A stretch of DNA of 64,000 bases from Pachysolen tannophilus NRRL Y-2460 (GCA_001661245.1 KV454013.1:1148502-1212501); one strand, 5' to 3'; positions 23,585 through 35,372 are shown, counted from the stretch's first letter. The notes: a model not told the origin generated them from the letters alone. Translations and numbers: made by a program.

Positions 23585-23870
23585 AGTTAGATGTCTCTTT
23601 GGTACCTTTATCTTGAATTTCAAGTCAATATTTTTGAAAACTTCGTTATGAGTCTTTTCAGATTCCTCTTGCTTGACTTTCCATCTCTTTGTTCCCAACA
23701 TATCATCCAATTCTGAGTCTGGTGGTAACTTGATATAAATATTACCATCTTCTCCATCTTTCACCTCAAAAACAGCCACCGATTGTGCGGCGTCGTTCTT
23801 GCATGAACCTGATTCATCTTTATCTTTGTCGAAAATGTAATTTCTCTTGTGCAAAAGACATGATATATAT
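23585..23870 (-). pseudogene. Duplicated 3' fragment of nitrite reductase YNI1 (direct repeat of 35418-35703)
   Basis: Ungapped manual alignment at offset 11833: 286 bp with 7 mismatches. The Rieske-like CPLH is changed to CLLH and the upstream part of the gene is absent. Confidence 0.92.
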
Positions 23871-24450
23871 CTTTCCAGAACCCTGAAGTTTTCCCTTAAC
23901 CTTCTCTTGTAGTCCAAAAAGCTAACAAAGGAAATTTTATTTTAAAAACAGGCCAATCCAGCTCCTTTCGTGTTTTTTTTGTCTCCAGCAAAAGATGTTT
24001 CCGGAAAACAGGGTTGTCATGAAAGCAAGCTTTTGAGAATGAATTTATGAAAGTTTGGGGAACTAAAAGTGAAAAAGCACCATTAAAAACCAGTAGAGGC
24101 ATTGTAACTAGATATAGTAAGCAATATATAAATTTTGTTTCAAACTGTGGTTTGAAAGTCATCCAGGATATAGAACAATTTATAAAGAGTCAATTTTCAT
24201 TACACCTTTAGATTTCGAGAATTGTTGATGCTATTCAGCAAGAAACGTATGGGACTTCAGAATATCTGTGTATATGAAGTTAATAGAGTTAAAGTTCTAC
24301 TATTATTCTATTAATCTATGTTTTGTGTTTGAAACAGAGAAATTCTTTGATAGCTACAATTTAACATAATTTTTATAAGTACTTGGAATATATTTAAAAA
24401 GTTAAATGGAAAAAAAAACAATGTTCTATACTGCGAGGACTGAAATCTTT

Positions 24451-26016
24451 TCACGTAGTATAGAAAAAGTGTTTCTGATTCTTGTCTGTTATATCTAAAA
24501 TCAGTTCATCTTCAAGTCCATCGATATGCAATATTCCTTCACTATCACTAAAGTTTTTCTCATTTTCCAAAAGAGATCTCTTGGATTTGTTCATGGTGAA
24601 ACAGATTGCCCAATAAGCTAAAGAAAAAGCCATACATGCACAATAAGCTACAATAATTGAAATAAAACCTCCGGTGTATTTTGGAGCCTGATCTGATTTA
24701 AAAGTTTGAGTTCCCAATATTGCTCCTCCACAATATCCTAGATAATTTGCACTGTAAACCAGAGACTTTTTAGTAAGACCCAGAGTGTTTGATTGGACCA
24801 AGGAAATCATGACAACGTAGGACAGGAAGTAGAAGTACATGAAATACAATCCGACAAGTTGTGCTGCTGTATTTGAATGTGGTGAAGCATAACAAACTAC
24901 TGATCCAATTAAAGGAATAATCAACGAAATAAAAGCTGTAAGACAACGACGATTTGTCCAACGAGCTGCTAACCAAGTGAAACCAACTGTCGAGAGGGTT
25001 GCAATGACACCAGTTGGCATACCCATAAGAGAAGATTGAACTGAAGAAAATCCTAAATTCTTCACAATAATACTAGAAAAAGTAGATAATCCACCGTTTG
25101 GAATATTGATTGCAAAGTTGAAAAGTATGATGAGATAAGTCCTAATATCGAGAAAACACTCTCTAACTTGATCCCACTTCCAGATGTTGCTCGAGACACC
25201 AGTAGAATTAGCCGCAACACGTTTGACCATAAAAATTCTTTCTCTTTCATTTAAGAATTTTGCATTGATTGGGGAATCTGGTAAATAATATAACATAAAA
25301 AGTGACCAAGTAAAGGAAACACTTCCAACCAAGATGTAAATATACTTCCAGGTTGGAATTTTATCACCGAAAACACTAGCTAAAGATGATAAACCACCGT
25401 TAATAATCGAAGACCCAAATGCAAAGACAAGAGCAGTACGATGTGGAGATTCGTGTTTAAGGTAAAAGACAGAAACCATCAAAGAACAACCTGGCACAAT
25501 AGCACACTCAACAAAACCCATCAAAAATCTCAAAGCAGCAACACCAGCAAAATTATGACATGCACATTGTAACAAAGTGAAAATAGACCACATACACGAA
25601 GCCGTTGCAATCACTTTTCCTGTACGAAATCTTTGAACAAAGAAAGACATTGGCCACATACCAATAAGAGATCCAATGAAAAGAATCGACCCTAACCAAG
25701 AATATTGTTGGCCAACAAGATCAAGATCAGTTTCAAGACCAAAGATAGCCGAAGTACCAAGAGACACCTTGTCGACAGCACCCATAGTAGCAGTAAAGAA
25801 AAGACAAGGTAACAAAATCCAGTCAGTCTTTCTTATAATCTTCTTTTCTTCTTCAGCCGTTAATGGTTCATATTTACCCTCCGTGTCTATCAAGAAATTA
25901 GCCGCATCATCCGCCTGGCTCTTAATAGCTTCTAAGTTCTGTTGATCTTGAACAGTTATTGACTGAACTTCAACCACTTCTTCCTCTTTTGATCCTGTGC
26001 TGTTAGAACGGTTCAT
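24451..26016 (-). CDS. MFS permease, allantoate/nicotinate (Dal5/Tna1, anion:cation symporter) family
   Basis: IRKTDWILLP, QYSWLGSI, LRFLMGFVE, LPDSPINAKFL, NIPNGGL, DQAPKY, DITDKNQKHFFY. Confidence 0.9.
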   Translation of the reverse strand: MNRSNSTGSKEEEVVEVQSITVQDQQNLEAIKSQADDAANFLIDTEGKYEPLTAEEEKKIIRKTDWILLPCLFFTATMGAVDKVSLGTSAIFGLETDLDLVGQQYSWLGSILFIGSLIGMWPMSFFVQRFRTGKVIATASCMWSIFTLLQCACHNFAGVAALRFLMGFVECAIVPGCSLMVSVFYLKHESPHRTALVFAFGSSIINGGLSSLASVFGDKIPTWKYIYILVGSVSFTWSLFMLYYLPDSPINAKFLNERERIFMVKRVAANSTGVSSNIWKWDQVRECFLDIRTYLIILFNFAINIPNGGLSTFSSIIVKNLGFSSVQSSLMGMPTGVIATLSTVGFTWLAARWTNRRCLTAFISLIIPLIGSVVCYASPHSNTAAQLVGLYFMYFYFLSYVVMISLVQSNTLGLTKKSLVYSANYLGYCGGAILGTQTFKSDQAPKYTGGFISIIVAYCACMAFSLAYWAICFTMNKSKRSLLENEKNFSDSEGILHIDGLEDELILDITDKNQKHFFYTT

Positions 26017-26616
26017 TTTGAAAAAAATATATATATAAATATTGGTGGTAGCAATAGCTTATAGTAGTTATCACTTGATGAGATAGTCAAAGCACAAAAT
26101 AGTAGGCGAATCGATAAAATTTAAATACCAGTTATTTGAAAAATTCAAAATCGCAAAAAGTGTACAATGAAAAGATAAGATAAGATGATCACTGGTACCA
26201 CTTTCCTTCTCTTCTACCACATATCATCTTTAATTTGGTTTTCTTTCTTCCATTTCTCTTCCTTCAGATGATATCTAGATGAACGGAATCAAGAAAATTT
26301 TTCAGCAGTTTGAGACGAGCTTATCGCTCGGCAAAACACCAGCAGTTGCAGACGACGTGCATGAAGTTGACCCTAAGCCATTTTCTCTTATCTCTTTTCT
26401 TACTCTTTTAGGTTTTGTAGGCCGAACAACAAGCCTCGAGATCAAAAGGTGGTAGAGAAGAGAAGAGAAGAGAAGAGAATAGGGCCATGCGGTGGTTATG
26501 TGGTTATAGTTACATTTTTGATACATTGGAATCGTTCAAATACGGAAACGAGCATGTATTTTAGTGTATTTTAGGGTTTTAAGAAATTTAACTAACTAGT
26601 ATATATACAGATAGTA

Positions 26617-27921
26617 TTAAGATTTTGACCTTTTTGCGGTTGTCCAGTTTTTCACATCTTTGAGATCTTTAATAGCATTAGAGCCACCCCATCTACCTTG
26701 TAAAGCGTAAATGTCTCTTTCAGATGTAGGCCTCCACAGCCAAGCTTCTCGTTTGGTTTTGGGTAAAGATTGTTCTCCTTTCAAGACGATTTCGGAAATG
26801 TAATCACCAACAACAGGCATGTATTTGAATCCCTTACCTGAGTCTCCTGTTCCCAAGACGAGCCCTTGAACGTGTTCACAAAAGAGGAAATGACGGTCTG
26901 GGGTATCAGTACACCAACAGATTTTTGTAACGTTGAAAGAACGTTCAGCAAGTTGAGGGAAAACTTGAGTTAGGAAACCTCTCATTTGATCTTCAGCTTC
27001 AGAGGGGATTTCCGATTTGTATATTGGTACTGAGACTAAATTTTGATTTGATGGAATCTTCTCCATGTTTATATAACCGGGGAACTCGTTACAAAATTTT
27101 AAATCATTATTTCCATCTGGTTCGAAAAAAAAACCTTCATCAAGGTTTAAAACTACGGGAGAATTTTTAAGAGACTTGGCTTCTTCATCTGACAATTTAA
27201 TGTGTCCCACAGTCCAACATTTAGCAAGAAGCTGTCCTTTAAAATCTAATAACTTGATAGAGTTCGCACCAGCACAAATGACAACTTTTTTAGCATAAAT
27301 GAATTCACCACAGTATGTTTTCACCCCAATACATGAGTCATTTTCATCATACAATAAAGTATCAGCTTTATCAACAACAATTTTAGCTCCTAATTTTACG
27401 CATTCTTCAGCAACATTTTTCAAAGCTAAGCTGGCAAACGTCCAACCACACTCTGTTTTCTGATGATAACCTTTCCAATTTGTAAATCTATTGTTCTCAC
27501 TTAATTTCAAATCCTCGATATTCATATCATATTTGATAAGTCTTGCAAAATGTTCAGGTTCATCAAGCTCCACAATTTCCTTACCAGAATTCTTCAAAGC
27601 TTGCTTACGACGTTGAATCTCCTCAACAGCTTTTTCTCCTACAGCTGCGTAAATGATGCCTGTTTCATGGAAAGCAGGCTTATACAAAGGATCTGTCTTC
27701 CATCTTCTCAAAGACTCGAGTGCCAACTCCGAGTAAAACTCATCCTCAACTCTTGATTGAAACACTTTGTTGACATCGTTACCAGCAGACAAAGGTGAAG
27801 GAACCGGATAAGGATCTAATATCGTTAAATTCTTATGACCTTTGCGTAAGAGCTCAACAGCCGTTGATAAACCAAATGTTCCAGCACCAACAATCACAAC
27901 GTGTTCCTCAGGTTGTAACAT
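26617..27921 (-). CDS. FAD-dependent amine oxidase (fructosyl-amino-acid / sarcosine / pipecolate / saccharopine oxidase family)
   Basis: VIVGAGTFGLSTA Rossmann motif, SAGNDVNKV, GFFFEP, KFCNEFPGY, KICWCTDTPDRHFL, GDSGKGFK, WRP; ATG at 27921. Confidence 0.88.
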   Translation of the reverse strand: MLQPEEHVVIVGAGTFGLSTAVELLRKGHKNLTILDPYPVPSPLSAGNDVNKVFQSRVEDEFYSELALESLRRWKTDPLYKPAFHETGIIYAAVGEKAVEEIQRRKQALKNSGKEIVELDEPEHFARLIKYDMNIEDLKLSENNRFTNWKGYHQKTECGWTFASLALKNVAEECVKLGAKIVVDKADTLLYDENDSCIGVKTYCGEFIYAKKVVICAGANSIKLLDFKGQLLAKCWTVGHIKLSDEEAKSLKNSPVVLNLDEGFFFEPDGNNDLKFCNEFPGYINMEKIPSNQNLVSVPIYKSEIPSEAEDQMRGFLTQVFPQLAERSFNVTKICWCTDTPDRHFLFCEHVQGLVLGTGDSGKGFKYMPVVGDYISEIVLKGEQSLPKTKREAWLWRPTSERDIYALQGRWGGSNAIKDLKDVKNWTTAKRSKS

Positions 27922-28373
27922 TATTTGCAATTTAAACTTAATTTGCAGTAGATTCAAACTTAAGCAAACCTCTACTAATTCCTCAAAGCAAAACACTAAA
28001 CAGAGCTTTATAACATACTTATAAATAATCTTTAAGCTATCATATGAGTTATCATATGAGTTATCAAAATCGTCCGCGCATCAACCTGCCTATCACCAAA
28101 AACTGAAAGAAATCAAACCATCTGCATTCACCGATAAGGCTGTTTTGCCTAAATTCGCTTCTTATAATTGAAGCTCTCCCATTGTTAAACATACTGGTCG
28201 CCCAGAAGCAACATACGATCAACATATGGCCAATCAATTGTAAAAGTTCCTGATCAGTGAAAAATCGGCCTATTAACGGACATAAACCAGTGAAAAAAAA
28301 AAATCTAGCGAGCAGAAATTTTGCAGTAGTTACGAAATTATTCAAAGATTCAAAGGCAATTCAGGAAAGATAC

Positions 28374-30417
28374 ATGGGTAAAGTTAAAGCTTACAGCTCT
28401 AGGAGCAGATCTGGGTGTCTGACCTGTAAGAAAAGAAGACTTAAATGTGATGGTAAGTTTTTGTTTTTGTTTTTGCTTTTAAATTTGGTTTTTGTAGCAC
28501 CGTTACTAAGTTCGCCAGATTGATATAGAAACTCATCCCAAATGTCTCAAGTGTTTGAAGTTGAAGCTCTCGTGTAGCTATGAGCAGACTTTGACGTGGG
28601 AAGATGATGCTGTGGAGCGTGGAGTTACATTTGGTAGATCGCTTGAGGCGAGACAACGAAAAAAAACCCATCTGAAGTCGGATATTTCCGTAGAGATTGG
28701 CCAATTTGACATGAGGGCTCATAGAGATCTGACAATAAAGAGACAGAGTTACTTATTTGTATCTTTCATATATGGCGATTTTCTGAAATGGTATGATTTG
28801 ATTGGTGTGTCAGGTAAGAAACACGAACACGGCGGTGAGCCATGTTTTCTGATAAACACGAAGAAAGTGATACGGCAGAATATTAGTGAAGCACCAGTAG
28901 TAGAACTTGAAGAACCAACAATATTGGAGAATAATGAAGAGATTGTACTTCCTTTTAGTTCCAATTTGATAACACGGCTGTTTTCATCCCCAAAAATTTT
29001 ATCAAATTCACCAAATACTTTACCTAGTCCAATTTTGAAAATTGACGATGTGTTTTTAGATTCGTTTTCATCATCTCATTTGGTACATCTCTCTCCTCAA
29101 TCAACCCTGCTAGAACCCTCTTTTTTGTCCTCAGTCCAACATACAGATAATGACAATGAGAATTCTGATTTGGGGTTAACTTCTTTTGAAAAACATCTTT
29201 TAGTTTATTTTGTGGAATCTATTGGGCCTTATTGCGTTTGCTATCCAAGGATTCAAAGAATACATTCACTAGAATTTTTAATTCATGTACAGGATTATAA
29301 AGTTTCACCGGAATTAAATCCTTATTTGTATCTTATTGTACCACTTGCCTTGAGATCACCCTTAGTCTTGAAGGCTCTTATAGCTTCTACAGCTAAGCAA
29401 TTGGTCTTATTAGGTCAAGAATATTACGAAGTTACTGCGAAAAGGTATTCATTTGAAGTCTTGAAAGAACTTCCACAAATAATACTAGAAAAACAATCAA
29501 ATAATGAAAAAAATTGGGATGATGTTCTTGCTACAATGATTATGCTTTGTTTTACCGAAATTTTGGTGCGTTGTGATAGTTCTTGGTTAATACATTTGAA
29601 TGGAGCCAAACAATTTTTAAAAGAATCTTGTATTCAAAATAATTTAAGTTTAATTGGTAAATTCTTTGTGAGATACTTTATATCTCATGAAATTATGGCG
29701 GAAACAGCTTGGATGTATGATTCTGATCAACCATCATTATTACAAATTCATGATGATCTGAGGATAGAAACGTTGAAAAACGATCTGGACACGAAAATCG
29801 ATTTGGTACTAGGATGTTCTCCCTATTTGATAAGCTTGATCCACAAGATCTCAGTATTGGGGAAATGCTTTGAAGATTTAGAATTAGAATCAGGATACAG
29901 AAAAGATAATTTAGAATCGGAAATCCTTTACCGTGCTGATATGGTAGAAGACTCTTTAATCAATTTAAAACCAGAATCCCCAGAATTGGAAGAAACAGAC
30001 CAAAATGCAATCAGATATATAGAAACCATTGCAGAAATTAAAAAAATGGCAGCATTGATATATTTATTTGCTAGAATCCAATTGGAATATCAATTCCGTC
30101 ACAATCCCAATAATATTAAGTTTGACAAGGTGAAATTGTATATTAAAAAAATTATAAATCTACACCTGATACTTCCTGGGATATATGTGTCGTTACTATG
30201 GCCAATTTTCATTGTTGGAATTTTTGCTACAACAGAAGAAGAGAGATGGTTTGTCCTCAGCTCCATGACTGAAATGGAAAAACACAGAGAATTGTCAAGT
30301 GTGAAAAGTGCAAAACGTGTGGTTTCAAGTATATGGAAAGAACATGACCTAAGAGGATCTCCTCTGACATGGAAAGAAATCATGAGAGATAAAGCAAACA
30401 CAATCAGTTTGGCATAA
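28374..30417 (+). CDS. Zn(II)2Cys6 transcription factor (Fungal_trans_2-type C-terminus); exons 28374-28452 and 28529-30417
   Basis: An intron (GTAAGT 28453, TACTAAG 28504, TAG 28528) splits the cluster. Splicing gives RSRSGCxTCKKRRLKCDETHPKCLKCLKLKLSCSY. W..HLNGA and LLWPIF motifs follow. Confidence 0.88.
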
Positions 30418-30776
30418 GCCGCTTCTAATAAACTAACCAACTGTATAGACCGAATAGAAACAGTTTGCTTATCGTACTGAGTTAATTTTTAACACGTCCT
30501 TATCGTAGCTCGTCTACACCTTCACTTTTGCTTATCGGCGACCAACTTTAATTTTTTTTCACCGACCTCGTCTACAACTACCTTGAACTTTGTTTAATAC
30601 CAGAGGTCTCGGGTAGAAAGTCTTTGGCCATAGGATTAGTCGATTTATAAAATATGGAGGGGCCCCAGTAGTTAAAGATGCTTTGGGGTTTATTTAGTAT
30701 TCACTCAATGCTTTAAGTGCAACAGGTAGAGGGTAAAAGAAAAAAAAAGAGAAAATATAAAATCAGAGAGACGACA

Positions 30777-33700
30777 ATGACTGTTGATGAGCACAAGATT
30801 ACTATTGCGATTGATAGAGGTGGAACTTTCACCGATGTGATATATCGAGTTGGTCAGCGTGAGGAAGCGTTCAAGCTTCTTTCTGTTGATCCTAATAATT
30901 ATAAGGATGCCAATATTGAAGGTATTAGGAGAGTTCTTGAGAATGTTCATGGGAAGCGGATTCCAAGAGGTGAAAAACTTGATACTTCGTCCATTTCTTC
31001 TATTCGTCTAGGAACTACCGTTGCTACGAATGCTTTATTGGAAAGAAAAGGAGCTCGTTGTGCTTTGGTTACTACTAAAGGGTTTAAGGATCTTTTGCAT
31101 ATTGGAGATCAATCTCGGCCAGAATTGTTTGCACTTAACATTGTCAAGCCTGGAGTCTTATTTGATCAAGTTGTTGAAGCAGATGAGAGAGTCACTATGC
31201 CTGCTTTTACAGCAGATCCAACGAACTATGATGCAAGAGATCTAGTCGATAATGAAAGATATGTGCTTGGTGAGACCAATGAGGTTTTCGAGATTTTGAA
31301 ACCACTTGATACTGGAAAGTTAGAAACAAGTCTTAGAGCTGTGAAAAAATCAGGTATAGATTCGATAGCAATTGTCTTTATTCATGGTTTCAATTTTCAT
31401 AAACATGAAGAGCAAGCAGGAGAAATCGCAAAAAAAATTGGATTTAAGAACATTTCATTATCTCATAAGATTTTGCCAGTTTTGAAAGCTGTTCCTCGTG
31501 GTTGCTCCACCGTTGCTGATGCTTATTTAACGCCAATAGTTAAAGAATACATTTCAAATTTCCTTAGTGGGTTTCAAGAAAATTTCGAAAACCATACAAG
31601 GGTAGAGTTTATGCAATCCGATGGTGGTTTATGTTCCTGGAGAAACTTTACTGGTTTGAAGTCATTGCTTTCTGGTCCAGCAGGAGGCGTGGTTGGTGAA
31701 GCAAAAACTTGTTATGATTTTGAAAATAAAATTCCAGTTATTGGTTTTGATATGGGTGGAACTTCAACTGATGCTTCTAGATACGCAGGTGAACTTGAAT
31801 TTTCATTTGAAAGTGTTGTTGCAGGTATCAAAATTGCAGCTCCGCAGCTAGATATAAATACTGTTGCTGCCGGTGGTGGGTCTGTGTTATCGTACAGAAA
31901 TGGTGTTTTCACTGTTGGTCCAGAATCTGCTAGTGCTCACCCTGGCCCTGCATGTTATAGAAAAGGTGGTCCTTTGACTATCACCGATGCCAACTTGTTT
32001 ACAGGTAGAATTCTTCCTGAATACTTTCCAAAAATATTTGGACCAAATGAAGATCAACCTTTAGATTTCGAGATAACAAAAAAAAATTTGAACAATTGGC
32101 CGAGGTGATTAGTAGAGATACTCCAGATCATCCAAAGACTCCCCAGGAAATTGCCTTGGGTTTTTTGAAAGTAGCAAATTTTCAAATGGCCAAACCTATT
32201 AGAGATTTAACTGAAGCTAAGGGTCACGATATCCAAAAACATGCTTTAGCTTCCTTCGGTGGTGCAGGTGGGCAGCATGCTACGTCAATTGCAAAAGTTT
32301 TGAAAATGAAGAAAGTATTAATTCATCAACATTCATCAATGTTATCTGCTTACGGTATCGGTTTAGCTGATTTGGTGGATGAAACACAAAAGCCTGTATC
32401 AGTCGTTTACTCAGAAACAGCAAGAGATTCATTACTTGAAATGTGTCTGGAACTCTCTCAAAATTCTAAAAAGGCATTAGTTTCTCAAGGTGCTAAGTCA
32501 GAAACTATCACAAGTGTTATTTATTTTAACATGGGTTATAAAGGCTCTGATACAAGAATTATGGTTCCTTACTCTAACGATGTGGATTTTCTTCCAGCAT
32601 TTTATGCTATCCATGACAGAGAGTTTGCCTTTAATGACAAACACAGAGACGTTCTAGTCTCTGATATTCGTATTAGAAGTGTTGGCAGTGCATCTGGCTC
32701 CGTTACCGAACGTTCACCTTATAAAGATTATGAAGCTGTTGAAAAAGTTCCTGCTGATTTATCATTAGCAAGGAAAATAACACCAATTATTTTCGATGAA
32801 GGATCGTTAGACTCTCCTGTATTTTTCTTAGCTGACTTAAAGGTCGGCAGCGTGGTGAAAGGTCCTGCGCTTATATTAGATAGTACACAAACATTGCTTA
32901 TAACTCCAGATTCTACTGCTACAATTTTACCAAGACATGTTATGGTTGACGTTGAAGTTGAGGCAAAGAGTAATGTTGGAACAGACTATGTTGATCCTGT
33001 CCAATTGGCTATCTTTGCTAATAGGTTTATGTCAATTGCTGACGACATGTCAAGAACTTTACAGAAGATTTCGGTTTCTGCTAATATAAAAGAAAGAATG
33101 GATTACTCATGTGCATTATTCGATAACCAGGGAAATTTAACTGCAAATGCACCAAATGTCCCGGTACATCTTGGTTCTATGTCTGCAGCTATTAAATATC
33201 AATTAGACTACTGGGGAGATGATTTGAAAGATGGGGATATCTTGTGTACCAATTCGCCAACTGTTGGTGGTACTCACTTACCTGATATCACTGTTGTTTC
33301 TCCTGTATTTCATGATGGTGTTATTCAATTTGTCGTTGCTTCTCGTGCTCATCATTCTGAAATTGGTGGTACTTCTCCTGGCTCTTCTTCATCTTATGCT
33401 CGTGAAATTTTTGAAGAAGGTGTTAATATCGAAACTTGGAAGCTTGTTAAAGATGGAGAATTTGATTATGCCGGATTACAAAAACATTTTGTTGAAGTAC
33501 CTAAATCTCACGGTGTTTCTGGTACTAGAAATATTGATGATAACGTTGCTGATTTGAAAGCCCAAATAGCATCCAATAAGAGGGGTATCAACTTGTTAAA
33601 AGACTTGTTTAAGGAATACAATAGCGAAACAGTTTTATTTTATATGAGAAATGTAAAAAGAACTGCTGAATTGGCTGTCAGAGAATTTTTGAAAAAGTTT

Positions 33701-34726
33701 GCTGCTGAAAATAAGCACCGATTGCCATTGATAGCAGAGGACTACATGGATGATGGAACCAAGATTAAAGTTACTATTGATATTAATGAAGAGACTGGTT
33801 CTGCTATATTTGACTTTAATGGTACATCTTTGGAGTCATATAGTAATTTAAATTCTCCAAAATCCGTCACTTTTTCTGCTGTGATTTATGTTTTAAGGTG
33901 TTTAGTAGATATGGATATTCCTTTGAACCAAGGTTGTTTAGATCCCTGTACTATTATTGTTCCTGAAAATAGCTTGATCAATCCATCTCCATATGCTGCT
34001 GTTTGTGCTGGTAATGGTATGACGTCCCAAAGAATAACTGATTGTTTGTTTAAAGCCTTTGCATTAACTTCAGCTACTGGTGGCTGTATGAATGGCTTGA
34101 ATTTTGGAATTGGTGGTGAAAATGAGAACGGAGAGATGATCAAAGGTTTTGGTTATACTGAAACAATTGGTCAAGGTAATTGTGCCGGTATAATTGAAAA
34201 AAATGGCGAGAGAATTGGCTTCAATGGATTTTCTGGAACTCAAACCAATATGACGAATACAAAGATCACTGATCCAGAGGTACTTGAGCTACGTTATCCA
34301 TGTTTGCTTTTGCAATACACGATTCGTGAGAACAGTGGCGGTATCGGTAAATTTAATGGTGGTAACGGTTTAATCAGAGAAATTCAGTTCAATTCTCCAG
34401 TTCACTTGTCTTTGGTTACACAGAGAAGAGTTTTTGAGCCATGGGGAATTTTTGGTGGTGGAAATGGTAAGAAAGGTGAAAATTATCTCGGTAGAAATAG
34501 AGGAAATGGAAAGATTCAATGGATTCAATTGCCTTCATTAGCTGAAATAAAAATGAGAAAAGGTGATATTTTGAAAGTTTTAACTCCCGGAGGTGGCGGT
34601 TTTGGTGATCCTAATGATACTGATGAGTACTGGAGATTAACTAAACCTTCTAATTCAAATGTCTTTATTCCTCTTTCATCTGGAACTCTTGGAAATTTGC
34701 AAGAAACTGTCAATGCATCTCAATAG
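30777..34726 (+). CDS. OXP1: ATP-dependent 5-oxoprolinase/hydantoinase (Oxp1-like), interrupted by a frameshift at an A9 run (32078-32086)
   Basis: IDRGGTFTD, GTTVATNALLE, SGPAGG, DMGGTSTD, TVAAGGGS, FGGAGGQH, SANIKER, GGTHLPDIT, TPGGGGFG. One extra A gives the continuous reading KKKFEQLAEVI. May be a paralogue rather than the housekeeping OXP1. Confidence 0.85.
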
Positions 34727-35372
34727 CAATATCACAGTTTTTAGGTTTTAGCTTCTGTAATAAATATTTTGTATTTTAAAAAATATAACTGAATTAATTA
34801 TCTTTTAAAAGTTCTTCGTTGAGTTTCCGATTTTATTCACAGATTGCAAATTCTTCGGCTTAAAGTTTTATCATAGACTTTTATGTCTTAAGTGAACGTT
34901 TCGAGCATTAAACGCTAATAGAGTTATTTCTAATGTAAAATATTTCAAAATAAGCTTTTAAGCGAAGGGAATTGAAATGTATATTTATGTACATGAATTC
35001 CAAGTATCATGCATGGAATATTCTCAAATATATTACGAGTTCTCTAGTATCAAATACGAATCAAAGTAATACATAATACTTTACTGTTTTTATTTCAAGT
35101 AAACAGTTACATCTGTCTCTTGCTGTATTAGTGTCTATTACTGTCTTTGCTTTAAAATTCATCTATCTTTTGATTGCTTTTTCAAATTGTATTCTAATCT
35201 TAATGGTAGTCTGTGGCTTTTTTTAGGGGTTTTCACTTATACAGTTCATTTAACATAAGATATATATATATCCTTACAGACCCTTACAGACCTTTACAAC
35301 TACTTTGAATAATTTGTTTTTTTTATTTATTTGAAAATATACGAAAAGAATGCTTTATAGAAAAAACTAAAA

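Noticed and set aside
23504..23917. 137-aa ORF as a standalone NirD-like small subunit
   Set aside because: It is a partial copy of YNI1 lacking the first Rieske-like motif, with CPLH mutated and a non-ATG start.
28039..28066. 12-bp tandem duplication ATCATATGAGTT, and CCTTACAGAC repeats near 35272
   Set aside because: Ordinary slippage repeats; they do not match each other or the cassette ends, so they are not target-site duplications.
30777..34726. Oxoprolinase as a genuine two-subunit bacterial-style HyuA/HyuB pair
   Set aside because: The break lies within the A-domain at a homopolymer, not at the A/B boundary, and ORF2 starts at TTG.
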